From Ignavibacteriota bacterium (GTDB taxonomy: Bacteria > Bacteroidota > Ignavibacteria > UBA10030), in contig CAVZWL010000009.1 in NCBI GenBank assembly GCA_963778945.1, positions 135,968 through 199,967 on the forward strand: a stretch of DNA of 64,000 nt, written 5' to 3'. Every line of letters begins with the position of its first letter. The stretch's first letter is position 1. The position numbers were made by a program, and so were the translations under genes. Below, in pieces: positions 11,883 through 25,174 of this stretch. Below the pieces are notes generated by a model. That model was not told the DNA's origin. It saw only the letters and a list, made by a program, of their open reading frames with translations, and searched no databases.

Positions 11883-13676
11883 ATGCCGGAAATAGATATA
11901 ACTGATAAGATCGGTTATACACTTCTAAAAAAAGGAATCATCGATTTTGAGACGCTGGAAAAATCTCTCAAGATGAAAGATTCCGAGGAGAACAAGAAAA
12001 ACCGAAAAAATCTCGGTCAAATTCTTGTAACCGAATTTGGCGCCGATCACGATGCGGTTTTTCGTGAAGTCGCAAACTTGTATGCTTTTCGTGAGGTCTT
12101 TCTTGCCGACGAAAAAGTAGACGATTCAAGAATTGCATTCATCAAGAAAATCGTCGATCAACTCAGCGATCAGCAGCGGGAGATGATGACACAGTCGAAA
12201 GTGCTTCCGCTGAAGTTCGATGAACGTCAGACTGATAAGCTGATTATTATTGCGGCAGATCCGACCGACAGAAATTTGCCGGTCGTTGCGCGAAGTTTCA
12301 ACGTCAAAAAATACGAAATTTGCTATGTTCGCCTCAAAGATTTACAGATGCTCATGGAGCGCGTTGCTCCTGCGCAGAATGAATTTCTCAAGCTGCTGGA
12401 AGATAATAAAATTACGGTAGACGATGCCGGCGGCACCGACGATGAGAATGTCGATGAACAAGCTCTTGAAGCGGAAATAAGCAAAAGCGCGCTTGTCAAT
12501 CTTTTCGAAGGATGTCTGGTCGAAGCGGTACGCCGGGGCGTAAGCGACGTTCATGTCGTTGCAGCTGAAGGCAATCGTACCAATTTTTTATTCCGCGTCG
12601 ACGGAAACCTTCAAGTCTGGCATTGCCAGGAAAACACAACTCCCGAAGCGGTTATGGCGGTTGTCAAGGACAGAACCAAGAACGTCGACCGGTTTGAGCG
12701 GGAAATGACGCAGGATGGATTTATTCAGCGCGTGATCGACGGGCACCAGCTGCGTTTCCGTGTTTCTATTATGCCGATCGTTACAACTGAGTTCAAACAT
12801 AAGTTCGAAAGTATCGTCATTCGTGTTCTCGACGACCGAAAGGTTATCACGGATTTGGAAAAACTCGGCCTTCAAGGGCCGGCCCGGGCATTTTTTTACA
12901 AGGCTATCAACAAACCGCAGGGAATTATTATTCTTACGGGGCCTACAGGATCAGGAAAATCAACAACCCTTATCGCCGCCCTTTATCAGGTCATCGATCC
13001 TACCGTAAACGTGCTGACCATCGAAGAACCGGTGGAGTATATTATCAAAGGCGCCCGTCAGTTAAAGATCGGGCCGAAAATGGGGTTTGAAGAAGCAATC
13101 CGCGGCATACTTCGTCACGACCCGGATATCGTGCTGGTCGGTGAAATGCGCGATAAAATAACGGCAGAAACGGCAATCAAAATGGCAAACACGGGCCACC
13201 TGGTGTTTTCCACGCTGCACACGAACGATGCGCCGAGTGCAATTGCCCGTTTGTATAAAATGGGAGTCGAGCCATTCCTTCTTGCTTACGCTATTAATAT
13301 TATTGTGGCGCAGCGGCTTATCCGGACTCTCTGCAAAATATGCAAGCAGCCGCTCGATACCGATGAACTTGAGCATTTGTTGAAATTTGGATTTTCTGAA
13401 GAAGAAGTTAAGAAACATACTTTTTACAAGGCGGTCGGATGCGAAAAATGCAGCGGGGGGTACAAAGGGAGAGCTGCCATTCATGAAGCGCTATTTTTCT
13501 CAAAAGCTATCAAGAACATTATATTAAATGCCGGAGAAAAAGTGGATGAAAATGCCGTCCGTGAACAGGCTTCAAAAGACGGCATGTGGACATTGCGCCG
13601 ATCTGGAATGGAACGGATGATGGAGGGAACTACGACATTGGAAGAAGTAGTTGCCACGACTACGGAAGAAGATTAA
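11883..13676 (+). CDS. pilB: type IV pilus assembly ATPase PilB (GspE family)
   Basis: 597 aa, intact. Walker A GPTGSGKSTT, Asp/His boxes (GEMRD, STLHTNDA), and C-terminal tetracysteine CKICK...CEKC. Confidence 0.85.
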   Translation: MPEIDITDKIGYTLLKKGIIDFETLEKSLKMKDSEENKKNRKNLGQILVTEFGADHDAVFREVANLYAFREVFLADEKVDDSRIAFIKKIVDQLSDQQREMMTQSKVLPLKFDERQTDKLIIIAADPTDRNLPVVARSFNVKKYEICYVRLKDLQMLMERVAPAQNEFLKLLEDNKITVDDAGGTDDENVDEQALEAEISKSALVNLFEGCLVEAVRRGVSDVHVVAAEGNRTNFLFRVDGNLQVWHCQENTTPEAVMAVVKDRTKNVDRFEREMTQDGFIQRVIDGHQLRFRVSIMPIVTTEFKHKFESIVIRVLDDRKVITDLEKLGLQGPARAFFYKAINKPQGIIILTGPTGSGKSTTLIAALYQVIDPTVNVLTIEEPVEYIIKGARQLKIGPKMGFEEAIRGILRHDPDIVLVGEMRDKITAETAIKMANTGHLVFSTLHTNDAPSAIARLYKMGVEPFLLAYAINIIVAQRLIRTLCKICKQPLDTDELEHLLKFGFSEEEVKKHTFYKAVGCEKCSGGYKGRAAIHEALFFSKAIKNIILNAGEKVDENAVREQASKDGMWTLRRSGMERMMEGTTTLEEVVATTTEED

Positions 13677-13850
13677 AAAAGCGTAAACAGGTCCGATGTG
13701 CCATATGAATCTGCAGATTTTGTTGGGATTGAAGCAGGAGATAAGGTGATAAGCCCTCAATTTTAGCGGATCTAGAGAACTTTTTGAATTTTCTTCTTGA
13801 AGTGATTTGCTTTTTGTGTTGTTGTTCATTATAATTTATCCAATTCATTA

Positions 13851-15208
13851 GTGTTTCTTGAGTATATTGAGCAAAAGAACAATGCGAGCAACAAAGAAAG
13901 TATGACGGCTCAAAACCCATCTCTTCAACATACTAATACTCCTTCGATTACAGTAACGGACGATCGTCCGAAAGCCGTTCTTGAGGCACAAAAAATCCTC
14001 AAAGTGATCGCCGATGGTATATCATCGACTGTTCAAGGATTAGAACGGCAGATGTTCATCAGTGATATGATGTCGAGAACCGATGATACCGTCAGGGCGA
14101 AATTGCAATCACTCATGAATTATTTATTATCGAGGATGATTTCGCTCGGCGCTTCTGACATCGACATCGGCGGATATCGGATCTCAGGGATGTATCTGGT
14201 ATCGTATTTTCGGATCGAAGAAACCTGATCCGGTTTTAGGGACTTTTTCGCCTGACGAAACCAATATTCTTATCCAATGCATACTGGGAGAACGGCAGCG
14301 TTCTTTCCTTTTTGAAAATCGGAGTCTGGATTTTTCGCACATGCTTTACGGGACGGGAGATGATTTCCGCCGCTTCCGTGCCAATGCATATTTTGACCTG
14401 GATCAGCTTGCTATGAATATGCGGGCGATCAATAATGTCATACGTCCATACAAGACGCTGGAGCTTCATGCCAATGTAACAAAGGTATTGAGTCTCGCCC
14501 ATACGAAGGAAGGCCTTTGTCTGGTTACGGGAATTACGGGATCCGGGAAAAGTTCGACTCTGGATTCGATCATCGATGCGAACAATCGACACCGTGGAAG
14601 GTCACATCGTCATTATCGCCTCGCCTATTGAATATGTTCACAGATCGGATAAATGCATTTTACGCCATCGGGAAGTCGGGCGCGATGTGTTATCTTTTAA
14701 AGACGGAGCTATACAGGCTCTTCGCCAGGATCCCGATATCATCATGCTCGGTGAATTGCGCGACCCCGAAACGATTATGACGGCGTTGGAAATTACCGAC
14801 TCAGGGCATAAAGTATTTTCGACGCTTCATACAGGATCTGCAGTGGAAAGCATCGATAGAATTATCGGAGAAACACCTCCCATCGAACAGGAACGGGTTC
14901 GATATCGATTGGCAGATACATTGCGATGTGTGATTTCGCAAAAATTAGTACCGAGTTTCGACGGTAAACGTATTCTTGCAAAAGAAATATTGTTGGGTAC
15001 GCCAAGCGTTCGTGCAGCAATTAAAAATAATAATACAAGCGAAATTTATCAGATGCTGAATGAAGGATTCGAACATGGAATGACAACGCTGGAGCAGGAT
15101 CTCAAACGGCTGTATATGCAGAAAAAAATTTCACTCGAGAATGCCATGAATTATTCAAACAACAAACGCCGTCTGCAGCAATTGCTTCAGATTCAGCAGA
15201 CAGATTAA
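13851..15208 (+). CDS. pilT: PilT-family retraction ATPase with ~100-aa N-terminal extension, at least two frame changes (near 14180-14240 and 14585-14630); start uncertain (13851 GTG or 13903 ATG)
   Basis: LGASDIDIGG, FRANAYF, Walker A GITGSGKSST, IASPIEYVH, GELRDPET and FSTLHTGSA motifs are spread over three ORF fragments. Confidence 0.8.
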
Positions 15209-15235
15209 CGGACAGAACGGATTCGATAGAAAAAA

Positions 15236-16812
15236 ATGCCTATTCGATCAAGTGACGGAAAAACTGCGGTAGCGGTATTTGTAGACGGATTGGAACTCAA
15301 ATTCGTCCGCATGTCTATCAAAGGGGGAAGAACAATTCTCCGCGATTGCAAAACCGTTGCGCTCCAGAAAAAACTTGATGAAAAAAATGCCATGGCCGCT
15401 GAAGAGAGGCGCATAAGCGATCTTTCCATCGCCGATGCTTTCTCGACGCAGAATATAGACATGGCCGGCGATACGGAAGGAACGACCAATTCATCTGTTC
15501 TTTTGGGGCTGTTGAGTGAGCTTGGATCTTCCAGGAAGTATACTCTTTCCTACGCTATTTCCGAACCGGCTGTAACATATCAGGAAATCGAAAGCAATTT
15601 CGGTCTTAAAGGAGAAAAACTCAATAAGCGCATACTCCAGGATCTCAAAACGTCTCGGTACTGTCATACCATCAATTGATGCAGTTGGAACCATTCCGAC
15701 AGCGACCGACGGTTTGCTGACTCTTATCCGCGAAGACGGAGATTCATATCTATAGTCTGCTGTCGGAATTGAAACCCTTTATGGGGGGGAGAGTCCCGAC
15801 CGTCAAATTGGTTGAAAGTTCCGATGTAGCCTTGCTGGAGATGGTGCGCTCTCAATATGAACTGCAGGAGGAAGAAGTAAGCGTTATCGTCTACGTCGGA
15901 TATGATTTCAGCCGTCTTATTTTTATGCAGGGAGAGCACTATCTCCATTTTGCGCCGATCATCAGCGAAGGTTTTGGATCTCCCAATATTGAAAATACGC
16001 TATACAGCCGTATTCTTCTGGAACAGGATAATATTGCATTAACGCGCATCGACCGGATTTTGCTGATCGGAGAAAGCCACAAGGTAAACCTTTTGGATTC
16101 TCTTGCACCGCAGTTTTCAAGCGCTCAGGTGGAATATCTCAAGGCCCCGACGATAGATCTCGATGAATTCGAGGGAGCTTCGGCGGAAATTGTCTCCGAA
16201 TATGCAATTCCAATTCTTACGGCATGGAAGACGCTTGACCCGAAGAATCCCAGCTTCTACGATCTCAATCTTCTTCCTCAGAAAATCATAGAAGGGCAGC
16301 GAGTCCTTGCCATTGCATGGCATGGAGGCCTTGTCGCGATTCTTATCATTATTTCCATCGTCTATTACTGGACTGCCATATCCACCCGGCAAACGGATAT
16401 TCACAGGGCCAATGAAGAACTCAAACGGCTGCAGGGGCGCCTGGCGGAATTGGATGTCTTCCGTCAAAGGAAAGATGCACTGACTTCCGATATTAACCGG
16501 TATAGCGATGCCACCACGGTCTACGATGAATTGGCTCCGGGAAGCGATCGATGGAGCCGCATACTGCACTATATCGCTAACAGCGTCGAAGATTTGAATT
16601 CCATTTGGATCTACAGCATCAGGCCGGATAATTCTACTCCCGGATCGATTATGATTTCGGGAAGAGCTATTTACAAGACGCGCATTCCACGGCTGGCCGG
16701 TGTTTTTGAAAAAGCCACGCTGAGAGAAGTGCGCACAGTGACAATTCGCAATAAAGTCCTTTACGAATTCGACATTCTCATCGAGAAGATCGATAAGTAC
16801 GACCAGCATTAA
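15236..16812 (+). CDS. PilM-like (actin-type ATPase fold) fused to PilN-like membrane segment, two frame changes between 15650 and 15770
   Basis: Sits at the pilM position in the cluster. The C-terminal half carries LNLLPQKIIEGQR followed by a TM helix (PilN signature). Weak sequence recognition otherwise. Confidence 0.5.
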
Positions 16813-16827
16813 AAAGAAAGACGACTC

Positions 16828-17718
16828 GTGTCCTTTAAAGTAAAAAATACGATCTATCTTGCATGCGTGTGGTTCGTTGTCATGGTACTGGGAATCGGCA
16901 TTAATAAAGTGTGGCAGCCCAGGCAGCTCAAGGTTGTGGATAAAAAGACCGTCGAAGTCAAACGTCAACTTGAAGATCTTCCGGGATTGACGGAAGAAGT
17001 GCAGCAGCTCACTGAAAAATATCAGGATGTCAAGCGCAGGTACGATTCCCGCAGCAAAGAAATTCCGCTCACCGATGCGTCGTCGCAAACGTACAGCTAT
17101 ATGAGCAGCGGGGAAGATCAGGCAGGCGCTATTAAGTTCGACATGAGATTTACCGGCGGAGAAAACAAAGACCGCTGGGGATTCAACATTTACAAGCTAA
17201 CGTCGGGTGAATCGACATTCGAGGATCTTTTTAAGTTTGTCTACTTCCTCGAAAATGGACGACGGCTATATAAGATTTCTTCCATGACCATCGATACGCA
17301 TGAAGCGATCGATGAACTGACAAAAGAAACCGTGCAAAGCGTGACATTTCAAATGGACCTGCAGGCATACTATGTGAACAATATTCCGGAATTAGGTACC
17401 TCGCTTGCAGCAAAGACATTGACGATGATTCCCGGTATATTCAATCCGTGCAAGCCGATCGTTTCGCAAGTTTTGGCGACAACACCGCCGGTTGGTGAAA
17501 TTGATGCGGATAATTCCGATGTCAAAGCAGTTCTGCACGGGAAGGCATTCGTTCTGGTCGAAGGCGAATTGCTTATTCTTCATATCGGCGACAAAGTTTG
17601 GCACGGAAGCGTCACCTCGATCGACCCGTCGACAAGCTCCGTGGAATATACGCTCGATGAAGGCGGTATTGTTCGAAAACTGATCAAGCGGATTAAATTC
17701 GATAAGAAATTTAAGTAA
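16828..17718 (+). CDS. PilO-like coiled-coil membrane protein with PilP-like C-terminal beta domain (tentative)
   Basis: N-terminal TM helix, coiled coil, position between pilMN and pilQ, and a C-terminal GDKVWHGSVTSIDPSTSSVEY beta-rich tail. Assignment rests on context only. Confidence 0.35.
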   Translation: MSFKVKNTIYLACVWFVVMVLGIGINKVWQPRQLKVVDKKTVEVKRQLEDLPGLTEEVQQLTEKYQDVKRRYDSRSKEIPLTDASSQTYSYMSSGEDQAGAIKFDMRFTGGENKDRWGFNIYKLTSGESTFEDLFKFVYFLENGRRLYKISSMTIDTHEAIDELTKETVQSVTFQMDLQAYYVNNIPELGTSLAAKTLTMIPGIFNPCKPIVSQVLATTPPVGEIDADNSDVKAVLHGKAFVLVEGELLILHIGDKVWHGSVTSIDPSTSSVEYTLDEGGIVRKLIKRIKFDKKFK

Positions 17719-17729
17719 CGAGGTATCAT

Positions 17730-19143
17730 ATGAGCAAACATATCCTTCTTCTTTTCGGCTGCATAGTTCTTTCCGTGCAGCTTTTTGCTCAGTCTGCTCA
17801 GTCCGTCCTTCGTGCTGCGCAGACCGGCAAGGAAGGGGCATCTTCGGAAGAAATCGTCTCTTTCAAGTCCGATTTGCCGTATTCGCGTGCAATGCAGGCG
17901 CTATCGGAGCTGTCAAAAAAACTGACCAATAAAATTATTATTGATCACTCTCCCATGCGGGATAAAGAAACGGGAATAGGCATCAATATCGAATCGATGT
18001 ATTGGAAGGACGCCTTTGAACTTATTTTGCGCACCAACCAGTTGTGGTATAACGATAATCCCGAATATATGGAAATTATATCGCTTTCCGATCTGAATAA
18101 GCCTGCTTCCGGAGATCTTTCGGTCAATACTCAGGATAATAAAAAGACACAGACCGGCCAGCAGGAAGCCCCGCCGCTCGCGATTCAGCGTCTGCCTCTC
18201 CCAACGGCTCTTCCTGCTCCACTCGATTCCGGACAAATCATCGGACAATTGCGCGAGGTCACAATCTCGTCGATCTTCTTTGAGATCGATAGATCAAAAG
18301 CCGATCAAATTGGAATCAGCTGGAGTATTTTCCGCGGAAGTAACTCGAATCTCGGCGTTGCATTCACCGGAGCCAACCTTGTAACAAATGCAGGTACTTC
18401 GACGATCAATGCTAGTGCATCGAGCACAGCAAGTGCGATCAATACGAACAGTGCGGGAGGTTCATCGAGCGGCACGCCTCTCTTTGGTGCAACCGCTTCG
18501 CCGAGCGGATTGAGCGTCGATATAAATACGGCGCTGTCAGTTTTTCAAAACGAGCAGATCGGCGAAATTATTGCGCGACCGGAAGTTACAGTTCGGTCGG
18601 GAAGCACGGCGCATATTCAAATCGGGCAGGACTTTTCCGTCCAGGGAAAAAGATTTTTCCGGAAATACTGTGGAAAAATTCTATCCGAGCGGCACGATTC
18701 TTTCAGTAACGCCAAAAGTTATGAAAGTGGGAGATACCGAATTCATCGATCTCGATTATCACGTGGAACGAAGCGCGGTAACCGTAGGAGATGTCAGCAC
18801 CATTGTTAATAAAACATTGACATCGGGACGCTTGTCTCTTCTCAATCATGAAGAAAGCTATATCGGCGGATTATACGAAAACACTGTCACGGTCGTACGT
18901 GAAGGCATACCGGTTCTCAAAGATTTGCCATGGTGGGTATTCGGCCTGCGGTATCTCTTCGGCTATAATTCCAACAGTACCACGCGTAAGGAATTGATCG
19001 TCCTTTTGAAAGCTGAATTTGTCCCGACTATCGAAGAAAGGGCGGCAGCGATAACGAAAGAACAAGATGTAATCAAAGACAAACTTGGAGAAATCAGAAA
19101 AGATATTAATGACAAGAAATACGGTAAAATAGCGATACGTTAA
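17730..19143 (+). CDS. pilQ: type IV pilus secretin PilQ, frame change near 18645 (fragments 17730-18809 and 18571-19143)
   Basis: Signal peptide and secretin C-domain (RPEVTVRSGSTAHIQIGQD, GIPVLKDLPWWVFGLRYLFG, ELIVLLKAEFV). Confidence 0.8.
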
Positions 19144-19176
19144 TTTTAGCCGGTCATCTGCACCGGGGAGTTTATT

Positions 19177-22100
19177 ATGAAAAAGCATATCATCAAGAGC
19201 GGTATATTTTTTAATCGCGCATTTTGGACCCTGCAGCACAGCACAAAAATACAGATAGTCGTTTTTCTGACCATCATAACCGGAATCATAATTCTTTATT
19301 CCTGCCAGGAAGCGCCGACACAAGTCGTCACAGGATCGACGACATCGACCATTGTCGGAACGGTTACTTATAATAATCAGGCACTTCCCGGTATTAAAAT
19401 CGTTGATGTCAATTCGGCAACTCAAACGACGTATACGACGGATTCAACCGGAACTTTTACTATAACGCTTAAGCTGACGGCTCAGTATACGGCATCTTTG
19501 GTTCTATCGGATCCATCTTTGGTGTATAATAACGATACCGTTTCGGTTACTCTCAACCCGGGCGATACAAAAACACTCCCAACCATAGCGTTAACGCAAA
19601 AACCTAAAACTACCACGTCTATAACAGGCCGTCATAAGTGACGGCACTCAATTGCTCCCCGGCATGAAAGTGATTGATATCAATTCGATAACTCAAAATG
19701 TCTATACCACGGATTCAACCGGAAGTTTTACTCTGACGTTTAAACTAACGGCTAAATATACTGCGTTGCTCATGATAACGGATCCGACGGGCGCTTATAA
19801 TAGCGATACCGTTGCAGTTGCGGTAAATCCGGGGAAAGACACAACATTGTCACAAATATATCTAACGAAGAAGCCTAAAATTACAACTACTATTTCCGGA
19901 TCCGTAAGCTACAGCGGTCAATTGCTCTCCGGCATAAATATCGTTGATATAAATTCGGCAAATGGCGGCACTGCAGGTCCTACGGATGCGTACGGGAGTT
20001 TCACCTATACAATTCAATTATCATCTCAAGATACTGCACGTCTGGTATTATCAGACCCGTTGTCGGTATATAATCCTGATACAATATCGGTTCCGCTCAT
20101 TCCAGGAGACAAAAAAAATCTTGGATTAATCATCTTAACAAAGAATGCGAATCCGAAACTGACGGCTACGATCACAGGAACGGTCAGCGACAGCAGTCAA
20201 CTGCTGGCAGGCATGAATGTTGTCGATATAAGCTCGGCAAACCAAACAGTCTATACGACAAATGCATACGGGAGTTTTACTGTAACACTGCAGCTCACAT
20301 CTACGTATGTAGCACATTTGGTTATATCGGATCCCAATTCCATATATACTAATTATATGGATACGGTCACTATCAACCCCGGCGTCGCAATGACGCTTCC
20401 GTTGATTGTATTAAAGAAATCTAAAACTGCAACGACAATAACGACAATAACCGGAACTGTTAGCGATAGCACCCACCAGCTCCTCTCCGGCATGAAAGTC
20501 GTCGATATTAATTCAGTAAATCAAACGACTAAAATAACGGATGCATTCGGCAGTTTTACCGATACACTTAAATTGACGGCTCCCTATACGGCGAAATTTG
20601 TCATCTCGGATCCCAATTTATTGTATAATAATGACACAGTCTTGGTCACCGTTAATCCCGGTGAGGCGAAAACAATTGCGACCCAGATTTTGTCATTATC
20701 GAAAAATTTTAGCAACACGACCACTATCATAGGAAGCGTAAGCGATAGCAGCCAATATCTCTCTGGAATGAAGGTCGTCGACATTACTTCTGCTAATCAA
20801 GCGATATATACGACGGATGTGAATGGGATTTTTACCGTTACACTTAAACTGGCTTCTGCATATACTGCACATCTGGTCATTTCGGATCCTTCATCGGTCT
20901 ATAATAGCGCTGCCGTTGCGGTTCCTGTTAATCCGGGCGATACAAAAACACTTCCAATGATAATATTGACGAAGAATACAAATCCTAAGGTCACAACGAC
21001 CATCAGCGGAACCGTAAGTTATAACGGTCAATTGCTCTCCGGTATGAAGGTCGTCGATATAAATTCGGCAAATCCGACAGCATATTATACAAGTACATCC
21101 GGGTATTTTACAATTTCGCTTCAATTGTCGCGCTCAATATACTGCGCGTTTGGTCATAACAGATCCCACAGCAACATATAATCCCGATACGACGGCTCTG
21201 ATTCTACTCAATCCGGGTGACGCAAAAGCAGTTCCGGTCACATTGACAAAGAATGCAAGCGCTGTTCGCACTGCGAATCAGGTTTCAGTTATAAGCATGT
21301 CAACGAACCATATTTATTCAAAAGGCGTAGGATTGCTTGAAGGCAACAGTCAATTGGAAAATTGCCAGTATGTTTTGCAGGTAAAAGATTCTGCAGGTAA
21401 TGCGATTGCAGGTTCACCGAGTTACAAGGCAAAATTCTCATTGATCTTTTATCCGGCAGACGGCGCTTATGGAACATTGCCAAGCTGCAATCCGGATTCT
21501 TCAACAACGGATGAGAATGGACAATTGACAGTAAGCGTAGCCAGCGGCACATGCCCCGGAGCTGTGCAATTAGTTGTTCAAGTCCTTTTGAATAACGGCA
21601 ATACTGTTAATTTTACACAAACTTACATAACAAGACTTGATCATCTTACAGCGGATTTGCGGATCAATCTCATTTTTCCATAGCGCCAACAGAGACTTAT
21701 CCAAATGGATGGGTTATTCCATATTGGGGTGTATACCAGACGCATAATTACAGCGCTTCTGTAGCGGATACTTTTGGCTATGCTGTTCCGTCCGGGACAT
21801 GCTGTAGATTTTATTTCAACACCGGGAGGAGCCGGTAAAATCGGTAATAACGGCATATCGGTTACCGATGTAAATGGAGAAGCGTCGGAGTTGCTTGGAT
21901 CGCAAGTTCATCCAACACCTTCAGAGACTGGATATTATACAACTTCAGATCCTCTCACGAGCGGAAGAAGAGGCTATACCTGGCTGCAAGCGCAGACAAT
22001 GGGTAAAAACGGGACATCCCATCAGGGATAGTATTTTAATTCTCTGGAACGAAGGTGCTATGATTCCCAATCAACCGGCCGCCATTTCAATGGCAAATCA

Positions 22101-22436
22101 TTCACATTCAGGAATTGTAGACACATTGACTCTATGGGATTCTAACGGAAATCCAATCAATGGAACTATTACTGCCACCGTTGATCTTGGTTCTAACCCG
22201 GTGCAGGGTGAAGGCTTTGAGGTAGAAGGTGATATAGGCGGCACTGCAATTACTATCCCACAAGGGGATTACAGATTGCTGGGACGAGGGAAATACTAAA
22301 TTTGCATTCGGTGTTTATGATAATTCGAGCGCCGCTATCATTACTGGCCGGATCAGCAGTAACGATAGACATAACTATCACGAGTCCAAATTATGCATCA
22401 GCTATCGTTGTCTATGTTCCTGTTACGGTGAATTAA
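19177..22436 (+). CDS. large surface/adhesin-like protein with 7 tandem ~93-aa CarboxypepD_reg-like repeats plus C-terminal Ig-like region; at least 4 frame changes (near 19640, 21150, 21680, 22030 and 22300)
   Basis: N-terminal hydrophobic anchor/lipobox-like YSC. Repeat consensus is [83 protein letters not shown]. Last in-frame stop at 22434-22436. Confidence 0.6.
19351..21255 (+). repeat. coding tandem repeat, ~279-bp period, 7 copies
   Basis: Unit starts read at about 19351, 19620, 19892, 20171, 20450, 20730 and 21003. Confidence 0.8.
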
Positions 22437-22460
22437 AGTTTTGAAAGATATGATACGTAA

Positions 22461-22498
22461 AACCTTGTCAAGGTTCTGAACCTTGACAAGGCTTTTTT
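22461..22498. terminator. bidirectional rho-independent terminator between the repeat-protein gene and hemL
   Basis: aaccttgtcaaggtt-ctg-aaccttgacaagg stem with a T6 run on the + strand and an A4 run upstream (T4 on the - strand). Confidence 0.7.
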
Positions 22499-22511
22499 AT
22501 TGTAAAAGTAA

Positions 22512-23824
22512 TTATGATTTCTGCAGCGCTTTATAGTTTGCTGTAATTGTTTTTTGTATAATCTGTTCCGTATGAGCGGTTGAAATAAATGCCGCTTCGA
22601 ACTGCGATGGGGGCAGGTAAACTCCTTGTTCCAGCATGGCGTTAAAATATTTTCCAAATTTATCAGTATCGGCTTTTTTTGCGGTGTTGTAATCGATAAC
22701 CTGTTTTCGGCAAAGAAAAGCGTAAACATCGATCCGACGCGGTTGACGGTGTGTGCTAAACCGAGCCGGTGAAGATTTTCCCGAATTCCTTCTTCCAGTT
22801 GTAATGAACGCTGCTCCAGCTTTTTGTAAATCATCGTATTGGAATACAAAATCTTCAGCATCTGAAATCCGGCCGCCATTGCGAGCGGATTTCCGGAAAG
22901 CGTGCCGGCCTGATAAACCGGACCGGCTGGAGAGATGAGTCCCATGAGTTCCCTTTTTCCGCCGTAAGCGCCTACCGGCAAACCGCCGCCGATAATTTTT
23001 CCAAGCGTCGTCAGGTCGGGGGTTACATTGTACAATTCCTGCGCGCCGCCGAGCGATACGCGAAAACCGGTCATCACTTCATCGAATATCAAAAGGGCAT
23101 TTTGCTCCGTGCACAGCGAACGTAATCCCTCCAGAAAACCGGGCTGAGGCGGAACACATCCCATATTGCCGGCTATCGGCTCCACAATGACTGCAGCGAT
23201 CTGATTCGCATTTTTCTCGAAGAGCGTCTTAACCGATTGCAGGTCGTTATATGCTGCGGTCAATGTATCGGCTGCCACCGATGCAGGTACGCCGGGACTA
23301 TCCGGTACGCCGAATGTCATTGCACCGGATCCGGCTTTGATAAGAAATGAATCGGCATGGCCGTGATAGCATCCTTCGAATTTGATAATTTTATCTTTCC
23401 CTGTAAAGGCGCGGGCAAGCCGGAGTGCGCTCATGGTTGCTTCCGTTCCGGAGTTCACCATCCGCACCATTTCGATCGAGGGGACTGCCTTGACGATCAA
23501 TTCACCCAGTTTTACTTCCATGCGTGTCGGCGCCCCGAAACTTGTTCCGGATCGGACGGCAGTGCGGACGGCTTTAACGATGGAAGGATTTGCATGTCCC
23601 AGAATCATCGGTCCCCACGAACCGACATAATCGATGTATTTGTTATGGTCTTCGTCCCAGACGTATGCGGCGCTCGCTTTTCTTATAAAGAGCGGTGCGC
23701 GTCCGACCGCCTTAAAAGCGCGAACCGGGGAATTGACTCCTCCCGGAAGAATGCTCTGTGCTTTGGTAAAAAGTTTATTCGATTTGACAGTTCGAAGTGT
23801 TTTTCTCAATAATCGTGGCCTCAT
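22512..23824 (-). CDS. hemL: glutamate-1-semialdehyde 2,1-aminomutase, frame change near 22705-22710 (A/T homopolymer); true stop inferred at 22512, not 22433
   Basis: [19 protein letters not shown] and FDEVMTGFR motifs. After [10 protein letters not shown] the conserved tail [38 protein letters not shown] continues in another frame. Confidence 0.9.
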
Positions 23825-23865
23825 CCTTTATTCCTCAACATAGTTGTCAGCTTAAAAAAGATGTT

Positions 23866-24999
<1,134 letters not shown>

Positions 25000-25018
25000 A
25001 ACAACTCCTTTAGAGCGG

Positions 25019-25160
25019 TGAACTGTAAACTGTAAATGTAAATGGATAAAAGTTCGTAGTTCTTAGTTCGTCGTTCGTAGTTAAGAACCAAGAACTAAGA
25101 ACCAAGTAACTAAGAACCAAGAACCAAGAACCAAGAACTACGAACCAAGAACTACGAACT
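25019..25160. repeat. heptamer tract with inverted arms (gttcgtagttcttagttcg ... gaaccaagaactacgaac)
   Basis: TTC-type heptamers at 25051-25082 switch to GAA-type at 25083-25160. The ends can pair for about 16 bp. Confidence 0.7.
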
Positions 25161-25174
25161 AATTAAAATGTTAA

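Noticed and set aside
19351-21255. The 279-bp DNA tandem repeat read as a non-coding VNTR or satellite.
   Set aside because: The reading frame and an amino-acid consensus are preserved across copies despite many nucleotide differences. This indicates a coding domain repeat.
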